A stretch of 64,000 nucleotides of DNA. Source: Lama glama. Lineage: Eukaryota. Below the pieces are notes generated by a model. That model had not been told where the DNA came from. It saw only the letters and a program-made list of their open reading frames with translations, and searched no databases. Positions 24,001 to 36,734 of the stretch are shown piece by piece (position 1 is the stretch's first letter; every line of letters starts with the position of its first letter). The position numbers and the translations under genes are program-made. The stretch lies in assembly GCA_028534125.1 (NCBI GenBank), contig CM052817.1, positions 62,312,001 through 62,376,000 on the forward strand. Reading direction: 5' to 3'.

Positions 24001-25297
24001 CTCTTTTCCTAAGGAAAACAGTTGCTTGATATGAATAGGTAATTTGGTAAAGGAAGGAACTGATGCTGAGTTTTGTTTTGGTATTCCTGTCTGTTATTGC
24101 CACAGTTGAAAAGCAGTCATTTCTAAGAACTTGAGAGGTATTTCTCAGCAGTCAACATAATGTTTACCCTCAGGGATTTGGGCCCAACAACTACAGCACC
24201 AAACTGGCTTAAAGACATTTCATCTCAAAAGGTCTCTGTCATGTTCAAAAAGAGCAAATCATCTTTAATCTACTGTTTAAATTGAAATTGAAAGACAGTA
24301 GACATTAACCTGAGATCTCCACTCCAGTCACATTGCACAACTGCATTAAAATGCCCTGGTAGAATGACAGTCTATAATAACACTCTGTGCTGTGTCTTTA
24401 AAGTATTATTCATTCTCTTTGTAGCCCTGGAAGATGGTATGCAAGTGAAGAAATACTGTAACAAATGGAGGTGGTAATAGGGACATTCTCTTTGAGCCTT
24501 GGGAAATCTTTCAAGCAATGGGGAAAAAGATTCAGACCAGAAAAAGATTCTAATTATTGTGTAATCAGCCTCCTCTGTACATACGCAACACACATTGCTT
24601 CCATCTCAGATTCTGTAATGCAAGTATAGATTATTCCCATTTCAAAGATAAAAACACTAAGACATATATTTCTTTTTGCTATAACTTGACACATTTATTT
24701 TCTTAGTAAAATAGAACTAAAATTGAAGAGAGGATGGACTAAATCACCAAGGAAGACTCAGAAATTAATTGCTGAGCCAGGCCAGTATCTTTGAGCTCTT
24801 TAGTCTTTGGGCTTTTGCTTATTCTGTCATGTTTTACTGCTTCTTTCTTTTAATCAGCCATTAATTCTTCTAAAAGCACTGTGTTCCAAAAAAAAAAAAA
24901 AAAGAAAAAAGAAAAAAGTAAAAGCACCATGTTTCAGTTAAAGATGTTCCCTTGAACAGTGTTTCTGAAATTATGTGCGTATAAAATTGTGTCACGGTGC
25001 AACGTGAGGCATATGATCTCAGGGTGTACGGGGGGAAAAGGGCCGGGGCTGTTTGTAGGGTGTTGTGAGGTTCATTGGACTCAAAACCTGCTTACTAACC
25101 TGAGCAGCTTCTAACCTTTGCAGTAAACCACTTAGACTAGACCTATGCGTTCAGCATCATCCAAGATTCTCAAATCACTCCTTAGACAAAGGCAGATAAG
25201 GAGTTCTAAGGGAAGAGGTAGCAGCTTAACAGCAAGTCATCTCAGTTCCTGGGCCTTTTCTGGCTTTAAGCCCCAATTTATAATGACCAGTTGTTAC

Positions 25298-25660
25298 CTA
25301 CCCTTTCCAGTAGCGGTCCAACAAGGGTCCTCCTGCTCGGAGCCACTTGCGCCAATTGACAGAGTCCAGTTCAGAAACACCAGACAGCCTTATTCTTCCA
25401 GCAGAGAATGGAGAGGTGTGAGCTCACACTGTAGGGCCCATGCTCTCCCCACAGGCGGCTGACGGACGAGGCGGCTGACGGACGAAGCGGCTGACAACGC
25501 GGCTGACGAGGCTGCTGAACTCTGACAGCAGCGAGGGGCGGAGTTCTCGCGGGACTGCGCAGTCGCGCTGCGCACTGTGCTTGCGCAGTTGCAGTCGGGG
25601 CGCAGCGCCTCTGCCCACGGCCCGCCGCCGCCATATTGGGTTGGGGTGCCGCGCGCGGGC
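25298..25660 (-). ncRNA. Candidate first exon of a minus-strand spliced transcript (likely non-coding)
   Basis: YY1 motif reads AATATGGCGGC on the minus strand, the usual sense orientation near a TSS. Tandem donors AAGG|GTAGGT (exon end 25302) and GTAG|GTAACA (exon end 25298). TSS position is a guess; no transcript data. Confidence 0.4.
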
Positions 25661-25750
25661 CTCTCCGCGCAGCTCGCCCAGTCTTGGAGCGGTTTTGCCG
25701 GAAAGTGCTTATCCGACTTGTCTGTTGCAAGGCCTCGGTCCGCAACCTCC
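25450..25750. promoter_or_regulatory. CpG-island promoter, probably bidirectional
   Basis: Only CpG/GC-dense segment in the window. GC box GGGGCGGAG 25535-25543; TCTCGCGGGA 25545-25554 (9/10 match to the TCTCGCGAGA BANP/CGCG motif); three TGCGCA (NRF1-like cores) at 25556, 25569 and 25582; YY1 motif GCCGCCATATTG 25627-25638. Flanked by a minus-strand donor (~25301) and a plus-strand GC donor (25756). Confidence 0.8.
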
Positions 25751-26429
25751 TACAGGCAAGTGAAACTAGACTAAGTACTAAAGAAGAGTTTAGACCTTAT
25801 TTTACCACCTAGATTCTATCTTATTTTTCCCAGGGTACCCAGTGGTCTTTGCTGGGACCCAGACGCCAAACTTCCAGTCACTTGTGGTGTAGAAGGGAGA
25901 ACATGGGCTGTGGTTTCAGTTAAGTCGTTGTACTTGACAGTTTTCTCTACCTCTCTGACACTTATTTGCTTTATAATTAAAAACGCATAGTATAAAACCC
26001 AGTTTGCAAGATTGCTCTGAGGACTTTAATGTTATAATGCTCCTGGTACAGTCCTGAGAGAGCAGAGTTCACTTAAGTTTGTTTTTTATTTGCAATAACT
26101 GAACCCGAGTCTGAACATGTGTGTGGTGGTGCAGAGAGTGTTTTCTTTTAGACAAAATCTCCAGCTCCCAGAAGATTGCCTAGGACAGGGCAGGAGCTCA
26201 TATGAGGTGTCTCATCTTGTAACAGGCTCTCCTGGTTCACAGTGCGCCAGACACTCTGGTCTTAACTGTTGGCCTTGACTTCTTCAAGCTCCCTGCTGCA
26301 TCATTTTACAGCTGCTCTTTTCTTTTCTGGAACACCAGTTACATAGCTCTTTATACAGTGGCCTTCTCTTTGTCATCTGGGTGCCAGCTTAACTGCCTGC
26401 CTCCTTGGTGAAACCTTCCCAGTTATATT

Positions 26430-27030
26430 TGTATATAAACAGCTTTCTTCTAAGTGAGGAGTCCACTCCAGGCCCACATCCTCTGTGTGGTCTTTCAGCC
26501 CCAAACACAGACAGTGACAGGTGGGGTGGGAGTGGGATTGCCCTCTGTACACCGTGGCCAGGTCACTGCAGTTTCCTGGAGGGAGTTTCCGTCAAGACTC
26601 AGCTCCTTCTGTCCCCCTCCCAGGCAGCCATCCTCAATACTCTCATATGTTTGCATACACGTGCAGGCTCCTCCATTCAGAAGCTTCTTTCTTGGGGACC
26701 TTGGCTGAGGCACATGTAGTTTGACCCAGCATCTTTCTCCTCGGAGCCCTTCCCTCTCTCCTTTCTCCCAGTACATGGATCTATAAAGAGAAAGAAGGCT
26801 TTTGTATGGAGCTCCTATTCAATGAGATGATTCCCCCATCTGTGCTTCATCCATCTGACCCTCACCCTGTGTTTTCTGTGGGGAAAAGTGGAACACTGAT
26901 AAGTTGGTACTTCTTTTTGCCTCTTTCTTGCACTGTTGCTCTAGGTGAATAAAAGCTTGATTGATTCAGTTTAGCTCATTGTCCATATGTGATCGATTGA
27001 CACTAAGGACATACCAGTATTTGAAATTAT
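26430..27030 (+). mobile_element. Probable ERVL-class solo LTR (subfamily uncertain)
   Basis: Starts TGT; TATAAA at ~26782 and AATAAA at ~26948 in LTR order; GC content above background. Confidence 0.4.
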
Positions 27031-27610
27031 CTTGTTTTCTTATTGGTCTTGTTTATTACCTCCATTTCCTAAGCTGAATGTACACTCCACGATTCTAGTG
27101 ACTTTGCTCTGTCTACTGCTACATCTTCTGTACCTAGAAGAGTACTTGGTATATATTAGGTCTTTGATAGACATATAAGCACTAAATAAATGGCAGCTAC
27201 ATACCTGGTAAACTGCTTCATCTGGACTTCTCCCAGCAGGCAAATCTGTGTGCACCTTACTTCTTACAAGGATAGGAATAAGATTCAGGGCTTTAATACC
27301 GGTTCTCAGGTCGTCTTCATTTTCCTGAAGATCAATATTATATAGTAACCATACTTCATCTGTCTAGAGCTTCATCCACTGCCTCTTGGAAGACCACTTG
27401 AAATGACATTCTGTATGACATACTGTGGTCTACACTTTGAGTTTCCATTGCCTTATCTGCTACTGACGGCTAGTTGACTAGGACATTTCTCAATTGCTTA
27501 TTAACTGTTGCTTCTTTTATTAAATACTGATCTCTATAGAATTTTCTTCTCCCATGTCCTAGGAATCTTATACTTGACCATTTCACTTGTTACAAAAAAT
27601 GCTAAACTCT

Positions 27611-27803
27611 AAGAGGTCAGCAAATTGTTGACAATGGGTCAAATCCAGCATGTCTCCTGGTTTTGCACAGTTTGGAGCTAAGAATGGATTTTACACTTTT
27701 TAAAGTGTTGTTTAAACAAAAAGAATATGGGATAGAGACAGTACATGGCTAATAAAACCTAAAATATTTACATTCTGTCTGAAGGAAAGATTGCTGAATC
27801 CTG
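27611..27803. mobile_element. hAT-Charlie MITE (MER58-like)
   Basis: Degenerate TIRs agaggtcagcaaa ... ttgctgaatcctg; internal gctaagaatggattttaca and aaaacctaaaatattta. Confidence 0.7.
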
Positions 27804-28444
27804 CTGTAAAAGATAGCCAGCCAGCCCCAGTGGTTCCAACACCTACAGATCTACTTGCTGTCAGCCAAAAGGCTGCACTAATATGGCTAGCTAACCTCTA
27901 AAGAAGGATTATTTACCTAATTATAAGAGAAATTAGCTCTACTGTCTTTGGCTTCTGTACCAGGAATTTAATATTTTCAAAGTGACTTCCTTATATAAAT
28001 CTGGGAACAAAGTTTTCACTTGCCACTTCAAATAGTGAGCAAACCCTACTATGTATTCTATCTGCTCTTCTAATTAGAACAGAGTTTGAGGCCTCCTTTG
28101 AACTTGATGGTACAGTGCTTGTGAGCTTAGCTCTCTGCCCCCGCAGGTCCTGGTGGCAATTATTTGCAGCAATTTACTAGGGAGTTTAGGAGATTATTAA
28201 TAAAATAGATGGTTCTGAGATAAATTTCTAAATTTATGCTCACAAATTTAAGAAGGGTAGGCCAAGGTGAGAAGCCAAGAGGATTATAAAAACAAGGGAG
28301 CTACTTTGCCAAGGCGCACCCATCAGAAATAAAAAACTGTATAACTCCATTGAGTTTTCTGTTGTTTTAATTGAAATGCCTGAAAAAAACAAGAGTTGAC
28401 TGCATGGGGAAGGTATAGAAGTGCCCTTTTGGCTGCTAAGAGCA

Positions 28445-30265
28445 GTGACCTTCATACTGTTTACCAAGCACTATTCTAGGTACTGGAGATGAAACAGTGA
28501 ACAAAATAATGTTCCTACCTTGACCTATCCTTTTAGTGTGAGAGGCTGGCATATGTTAGGTGGTGGTAAGTGCTATGAAGGTAAATAAAGCAGAATAAGG
28601 GAAACAGGAAGAGTCAAAGAGGGAATGTTGCTGTTTTACATGGAGAGTTTAAGGAAAGCCTGATTGGTGAGATGACAGTAGAGCTTAGAGAAGACGAAAG
28701 TGTGAGAGTTGATATTGGGAAAAGAACATTTTATACAGAAGGAATTGCAGAAGCCAAGATATCAAGGTGGAAGGATGGTCTGTCCAAAAATAGTAAGGAG
28801 GTGAGTGCAACTAAGTGGAGGAAGAAGGGGAGAGTGGAAAAGGTGAGTTCAAAGAGGTGGTAGGGAACCAGATGTAGAGGATGTTATTGCCTTTTATTCT
28901 GAATGAGACATGAAGTGATTGCCAGCTTTTAGCATGGGATTGAAATAATCTGATGTAAATTCTAAAGGGATGGTTGGGACTTATCTCTGTAGAGAATTGA
29001 TTTGAAGGGAAAGAGGTAGGAGGTGGGAAGGTAAACACTGAGATCTTAGCTAGAGGGCCGTTTCAATAATCCCAGAAATGATGAAGGTCTGGACTAGGGA
29101 GGTAGCAGTAGAGGCAGTTAAAAGATGCTTATTTTAAGAATATACTGTATTTTGAAGCTATAGCCTATATGTTTTTGTTGTTGTTATTTTTTGGTGAATT
29201 GGATGCAAGGTATGAGAGAGAGAGGGTCAGTGATTCTAAACAATGGAAACAACAATTCCAAGTATTTGGAGGATCAGACTTCAAACATTTTATCCACTAT
29301 GAATAGAATGATGAAGTTGACATTTGCTGAGATGGAGAAAATTATGTAAGAAGCAAGTTTGATGGGGTAAATCAGAAATTTGGTTTAGAACTTACGAGTT
29401 CTGAGATACTAATTGGACATCTAAGTAGAGGTCTGTAAGACACAGAAAAATGTACAAGTCAGAAAGAGGTCTAGGCTGCAGGTGTATATTTGGAACTTGT
29501 CATTTTATTTGGTTTGTATTTAAAGGCATGAAATGGAATGAGGTCCCCCAGGGAGTCAGTGTCCTTAGAGAAGAATAATTGCCTGAGAACTGAGCTTTGG
29601 GCTGTAGATGTAAAGAACATAGAGGAAGAAGCAAGGGACACTAAGAAGGAGCAGCTGGTAAAGTGGCAGGAGAACTAACAGAGATGTGGGTATGAGAGAC
29701 AGAATAAAGGGAATATATCGAGAAAGCTCTGATCAGTTCTGTCAAGTTCTGATAATGTGGAGTGAAATGAACGTTGGATTTAGCAATGTGCTGGCCAAAG
29801 TAACCTTTGGTAAAGAGAACGGGAAGATGGAGTAGGTTTAACAGAGAATGAGAGAAGAAAATTTAAAGCCAATTACTTTCTTGTTACTCTGAATTTTAAG
29901 GTAAAAGGACATGAGATAAATTGACTAACAATTAAAAGGCGTATATCTTCATGGGAAACATTTGTAAAGGGAGATATTTTAGTAATTTGGATGCTGATGG
30001 AAAGTGAAGGAAGTGTTTAAAAAAGTAGGCAAGAAAGGGGAATGATGTCTCTGAATGCGTAGTATCCAGAGATTAGAGGAATTGGACTTCCGTAGGCACA
30101 TGGAGAGTGCATCCATGATAAAAGAAGCAGTATATAGCTAGACTATGAAATGTGGTAAGAGTAAGTGGAAACTCTTTGGATTGCTTCTATTTTCTCAGTG
30201 AAATAGGGACAAAGGTCATTAGTCAAGAAAGAGATGGGAGAAAAAATATTGCAGGCTCAAAGAGT
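28445..30265 (-). mobile_element. Long L2 LINE fragment
   Basis: Purine-rich reversed L2: ccaagcactattctaggtactggagat...gtgaacaaaa, ggacatctaagtagagg, ttggatttagcaatg, ttgcttctattttctcagtgaaatag. Confidence 0.85.
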
Positions 30266-32034
30266 GATTGTGGAATGAATGTGAACTGGGTGAAAACCAA
30301 ATTGGGAATTGGGGACAGATCAGGTGAGAGGTTAGTGTAGCTGGTTATGGGGCTATAGTCCGGCAAGCAGTGTAGTTAAAACAAAAGCACAAAGATGTTT
30401 TATCTATTATGTGGGGTCAGACCACCATTAAGCCTCAGGTTCATATGCTGTTACAGGATGGACTAGCATGGACTAGGCAAACATGAACACTTGTACTGCA
30501 ACTTAAGCTCTTCAGTTAATAGCAGAAAATAGCACCTATGCCAATTTGGAAAGGCTTTAGAATAGAGTGACATTCCCAAACTCTGGGATGATTGTTGATT
30601 CTCTAACTCTCCCAAGGCACAGATACAGTCAAATTTAGTGTCTTTTTCTTTATGGAGAATGAGCGTGGAAATATGGAGTCATGTGAGGAGTGTAGGAAAA
30701 AATATGTAAGTAGTGAGTGATTAATTAAATTTCAAGCCTTACTTTTCCTGTGCTATTTTAATGGAGCATCAGATCCTATAAACCAAAAGAATTTGGCATA
30801 AAAAAGTAAGATCTTAGCTCTTCTATGAGCTTTCTTCTTTTAATTGACTTTACGGTTAATCTCTCTAGACCCAATTTAGTCATCTCTCTGGTACCCAATG
30901 TTAATAATTTCCCCAGGGTTTTGCAAAATTAAGAAAAACACATCAAATGCTACCTGGTTAACATTACCACCTCATTGTTGATTGTTGTTTGTTGTAGAAG
31001 ATAGAATATAGAAATTAAATGTATGCTTAATTTTAACTACAAATATTTTGTGGAGATTTATTTATCATCATGGCTTTTTATTTAAAGTGTAACAACCCTG
31101 GTAATTGGAAAAGTGTGGTGTTACAACAACTCCTTCAAGTTGAATTTTATGAACAAAAAAATTTTTTAAATGCTTTGAGTTTCCACTAGTATATTTTAAA
31201 TTTGAAGTCTTAAATGACCTTTTAATTTCATTTACAATCATGCTAAATGAGACTTTTTCTCTTGTAACATTTTAACATTTTTGAAAAGCCTTTATACTCA
31301 GTTGACTCTAAAGATCAATCTTTAACGTTTAATAGATGTAAGTACAAAAGACATAATCTCATCAAACTCTTGATATGAAATTTTCCTGCATTTTATAGCT
31401 TACAATTTTATTTTTTTTATTACCCAGTAAGAATGTTATTCAGGGTTAGACTTTGCTATTGCAAAGTTCCAAATTCCACATAATGTATTGATACTTGGAT
31501 TAGAAAGGCATTGTTGAATGGCTAGTATCATATAAGACTTAATTAGGAGGAGCCACTTATTCACAGTTGATTTTGGTGAGCACCAAAATTAACCAAACTC
31601 CACATTAAATTATACCTTTAAAATTACAATAATATATTATAAATTTATTTGTTGCTGTCTGTCATAGAACTATGTCATATGGGGAAAATTCTGGGACTGG
31701 TGCACCTTGTGTTATGTTACTTAACAAATCAGACCGTCAGTCTCCTATACATTGAGGGGATAAATGAGATGACTCTGAAATCTGAGCTTTTCCAAATCTA
31801 AGATCCCATGAATCCATTTGAGGTTACTTAAGTCTTTGCACATGTAAAGAATTGTCTAGTATTTATCTAATTGGTAAATAAGACCAACTTTCCTATTCAG
31901 TTAAATGTTTCTTAAATTCATTATTTACTCTCCTTTTCACTGCCACTGTTTGATTTGTGAAACTAAGCATTTGGACATTTACATTGGCTTCCAAGCTAGT
32001 TTTCCAGTGTCGATTCTGAACTCCAATAACAGAT

Positions 32035-32330
32035 TGCTCATTCATTCACACATTCATTCAACAAATATTTATTAAATGTCTAGTATGTTTCAGGCACTGT
32101 TTTGCTTCAGCAGAGGCAAAGTGAACCAAAGAGACGAAACCACTTTACTTCATAGAGCTTACATTCTAGTGAAGGAAGAAAGACAATATAATATACATAT
32201 GTTTGATAGCCGTAAGTAGAATGAGGAAACTAGGCAGGGTTTACATTTAGGGAAAACTGGGGTGGAGTAGGATGGAGGAATAATTTTAAGTAGGATGATC
32301 AGGAAAGGCCCACTAATAAAGTGACTTTTT
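32035..32330 (-). mobile_element. L2 3' end
   Basis: cattcattcaacaaatatttattaaatgtctagtatgtttcaggcactg...catagagcttacattctagt. Confidence 0.8.
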
Positions 32331-33540
32331 TAACTGAAACTTTTAAAGCATTTATTGTCAGTAACACATTTAGTGAGTGTCAGATAACGTGTTACTGTGA
32401 AGCATTTGCAAGAGGAGAGAAATGTAGAAGAATAATTTCAAAACTCAAGGAGATTAGAGTCAAGTGGAAGAAATGAACAAATAAAGCATACATTAAAAAA
32501 AAGGTGGCTATGATGTAATCTCAAAAATATGAGTCAAGATTCATTCTCTGCCACTTTCCAGTTGTGCTGAGAAATTAACATTGCTAAACTTCAGTGTGTT
32601 CATCTCTAAAACTGAGATTATAACTACCCACACTTGTGTCTTGAAGTAAGTACAAAGGTTAAATACGCCTATACATTTTATTTTGTACCTCATAGACTGA
32701 ATGCCATAGCCAGTATTTAATAAGTTGGCACTTAATATGTGTTCAGTGATTAAATAAAAGAACAATAATTTATTTTTAGGAAGTGATTTTTGTTTTACAG
32801 TTTACCCATTGTATATAAAGTTATAGAATTTTTAATGGTAAATCTTTGTTATGCTTTTAAAATTTATGGTTGTCATTTGAATTACCTGAGCTATAAAATA
32901 ATCTGAGCACAATAGGAACTGTGAATTGAAACAAAAACAATCTTAAGAACAACACTGATTAAAATGTTCAATCTTTGCTCTGTAAATATAATTTTCTATG
33001 AACAAAAATAAATGCTAACATTAAATCCACAGTAATTTTTGTTAACCTCAAGACTCCCTAGGCAGCATGAAAGAATATTTTAAAAAAGAAATGAGTCTGT
33101 TTCCTTGTGCTACATGAAGATTAAATTTTGATGACAATGAAAGGCATCCCTAGTACCTAGGTAACAGCTATTTACATATTGGATTGAAGTTGGCATTTAA
33201 AACAATTTTTAGATAGAGTGAACCAAGCTGTGACTCCCTTTATAACAAAATTAGATTAATCAAAGACACGAATCAGTTTCATACTATTAAAGAGGTAATA
33301 CGAAAAGAATGCAATATAAGTACTATATATGTGTGTTTTGCTGCTCTGCTGTGTAGCACATCTTTGGAGACCCGCTATGTAGTATCATGTAGGCAAAATG
33401 ACATTACTTTTTATCTCATGGTCTTCCATCTTTCAGGATTTTTTTTTTTTTGCAATCTCTGAAATTGGTCCCATTGGTCCAATATTGCTAACACAGAATA
33501 ATGACTTAGACTTAATATCTTTTTTTGTCTGTGTATATAT

Positions 33541-33672
33541 ATTTTTTTAATTGAAGTATAGTCAGTTTACAATGTTGTGTCAATTTCTGGTGTATAGCAT
33601 AAAGCTTCAGTCATACATGAACATACATATATTCATTTTCATATTCTTTTTCACCATAAGTTACTACAAGAT
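33541..33672 (-). mobile_element. Short 5'-truncated L1 3' end
   Basis: tttaattgaagtatagtcagtttacaatgttgtgtcaatttctggtgtatagc is the reverse of the same 3' end seen at ~9340-9470. Confidence 0.8.
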
Positions 33673-35707
33673 TCACTATGTTTAAATTAAGTTAAAAGCC
33701 ATGTTTAGGGTTGTGTGAAAAGCCACAACTCTTCCATTAAACTCCTATACCTAGTACTTTTCTGAAATGGTAAACCTGATACAAATAAGACCAGGAAAAT
33801 TGTTTTTGATGCATTTTAGCTTTGCATCAAAAAATATTGAAATAAGCACTTAAGGCAAATTGTTTCCTCTGAAAATTATAGTAGCTTTTTTCCCCCTCAC
33901 AAAATTCATCAGCTTTTGAAGAGGAATAAGTCCTTCACTTGAAAGCAGAGGTCATATCAGAAAAAAAGACAATACATGTATGACTGACAAAATCTTCTCA
34001 TTCATAAGGAAATTTTTATTTAAATTTCAAATCAGTAGTAAACCCTATCTGAACACTTCTTGACCAGGAAAGAAAATGAACTCTGTATTTCTATGGATAT
34101 AGTTTGTGAAGCATAACATATGATAGATGTTATCTTTCTTATGCCCTTGCTTACCACTAGAAAGTGCAGTAGGTCATGAGAAAGTACAGCACAATTCATA
34201 ATGTTTAATTCACTTTGATAGTACTCATAATTCTGTATGGAGCCAAGTAAGTAATCCTGGAACCCAATTAAAATAACTTCATTATCCTTAAACCCTCATA
34301 GTACATACCAGGAAATATTTTTTGATGGTTAAAAACAAGCTTTAATATAAGTTGTTAGCAAACAAGTGTAAATCATACTGAATCACAGAAATTAACTTTA
34401 TTTTCAAGGATAGGGCAGGATTGATGTCACTTTAACTTTTTATAACTAGCATGTTTATTTGCAAGATTAGCCATCTTTGATTATTTTTATATTATACAAC
34501 TGGTTTGGGAAAATACTTGTAAAATACATTATACAAAACTGTAGTTAGTAGATCATTTGGGAAATAAAAAGCATATTGGAAATGAAGGTTATTGATATTT
34601 TCAGTCTGAAAGTAACTCCGAATTAAGCTCTCTGGACAAAAGTTGACGTTGCAGAAACACAAGAAAGGTTATTTTAATATTTTCAAGTTCTGGGTATTGA
34701 ACTTTTATACATCAGATAATTATATTTTTCACTTTCAGTCCAGTGTTTGGCATTGTGCATTCGTTGCCATCCTGGAAAAACCTTTGATGTGACAACAGAT
34801 TATATACTTTGGACAACATATTTTCCTTTGGATTACATCAAATCCACATGACTACTAACTCTCTAATAACAAATACAGCATGTCACTGCAGAATAATAAA
34901 ATGACTTGTTGGATGTGTTTTGAAGGTACAGAACCATAAATAGCATGTGTTTCCCACACTCAAGTTCTTAATCATAATCAGGCAGATAGAACCCAAAATA
35001 CCTCATTTATTGATTCAGTGAATATTGGCTGACTTGGCTTATATCTGAAGGTAAGAGTGCTTCTTAATAAATTCAACCCCAAGTTAGATGGGAGTCTTCC
35101 CATAGTCTTCCCATCCTAGAGGAACAGAGTAGAGCAAAATTGTCCTTGGTATGAGTCTGTTCTCCTAAGAGAAAGAGAAACAGAAGAATGGGATTGTAAG
35201 TACCCAGTTTCTCCTCCCATGCTTACTATTTAGAAAAATCATTCCACGTGAGATGGAGTCAGAATATGATTAGAGAGGACAAGAATATTAGCCAGTGGGC
35301 AATCCTTCCACATGCAAGGAAACATCAGGAGTAGGTAAGCAAGCTAACACTTGCTTCACCTAAAACATCTCTTGGATATGGGATAAGGGAGGCAAAAAGG
35401 AATGGTGCTCAGTAGACAAGGAATCTGTGACCAAGGTTGCTACTTTAATCAATACTTACCAAGTAGTTGCCATGTGCAATGAACAGAGCTTTATACAGAT
35501 GTTTGTAAAGAGGTTGAGCTCAATAAAAATGTTTGATGAAAGAATGATACAAGCTCCAACTATACACTAAAATCAAAGTCAAGAGTTAATTAAATTAATC
35601 GGTGCCACAGTTCTAATCATATTTGTTTAGGGTTTAGAAAGAGAAAAAACAAGTAATATTCAGAGCTCCAAGTTGCCCTGTCATATATTTAATATCTTTA
35701 TTTCTTT

Positions 35708-36145
35708 TGTGGTAGATCAGAAAAAAATGGCCTCAATTCTTCCCTGCATCAATTATTCATGATCTTTTTAATCTAGCTTTGCATTATTCTGGGATTCGCC
35801 ATGTGACTTGTTTGGGTCAGTAGGATATAGCAAACATGACTAAGAAGGAGCTGGAAAAGTGCTTGAATAAATAAGCTTGCCCTCTCTCTTGCCTTGCTGC
35901 CAGCATCAGGCCTGGTCTACAGCCTGCTGGAGTATAAGAGACATGTAGTAGAGTTGATTTATTCCAGTCATCCATCTGAGGCCTGCCTAGGTAAGCCCAA
36001 AGCCGATAAAGTGAATGCAGCAAAGTGCAGCAAATACAATTAGAAAGTAACACAGGCACTTGGACATTGAAAGCTTACTGTAATTTGCCAATGAGGTTTT
36101 ATGCTTCTTATATACAGCATTATGGTGGCAATAGATAAATGGTAC
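35708..36145 (+). mobile_element. MaLR LTR (MLT1G/H-like)
   Basis: tgtggtag...aaatggcc...ccatgtgacttg...cagcattatggtggcaatagataaatggtaca. Confidence 0.75.
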
Positions 36146-36734
36146 AGCTTCTTTCCATTCTACCCCCCATCCATTTCTCTGTGTCTCTTTCCTGCAATCT
36201 GTCTCTTCTTTCCTTCCTTCAATGATAAATCAAAACGTATTCATCATTTTCTGTGTGCCAGGCACTATGTAAAGAATTGGAGATGCAAGGATAATGAGGC
36301 ACTAACCCAATCACTTTATCCTCACCTCTCTACAATTCATACTCTTTTATGACTACCAAAGTCAATAGGCTATGAAATTAAGTGACTATCTGCAGCCAAG
36401 TATAATTTGGCTAATTTTTGAATTCAAAGTCCTTTGAGCATCTAAGTGAAGGTAAATAATAGACAGTACTTAGTCATTACTTTTATTGTTAGCTCTAGCC
36501 TCATGTCTTAAAGTCTGGGCATAAAGCCACTTGCTAATCTGTAAGGTTGTTGGTATCCAAAATGCCAGGAAAAAAACAGATCAACTGGAGTATACTTTAA
36601 TCACAAGAGTTTCCTAAGAGAAAATATATACTAATGTGGGACTATATATGATGTGATGATATAACTATCAATATTAAAAGTCATACTTTAAATTACCTTA
36701 AAAAAATCTAAAACATACAGATTTATGCTTTAAT

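Noticed and set aside
25302..25441. MGPTV-TGA-AHTSPFSAGRIRL...RYWK frame open to the donor; considered selenocysteine or readthrough
   Set aside because: No resemblance to a selenoprotein family I know and no SECIS identified; a single stop in 46 codons is unremarkable.
25455..25519. Repeat-spacer pattern resembling a mini CRISPR array
   Set aside because: 9-nt repeats with 3-7 nt near-identical spacers in mammalian DNA, no cas genes; it is a simple tandem repeat.
33803..33833. 11-bp perfect inverted repeat TTTTTGATGCA/TGCATCAAAAA
   Set aside because: Too short and AT-rich for a pre-miRNA or MITE call; plausible by chance.
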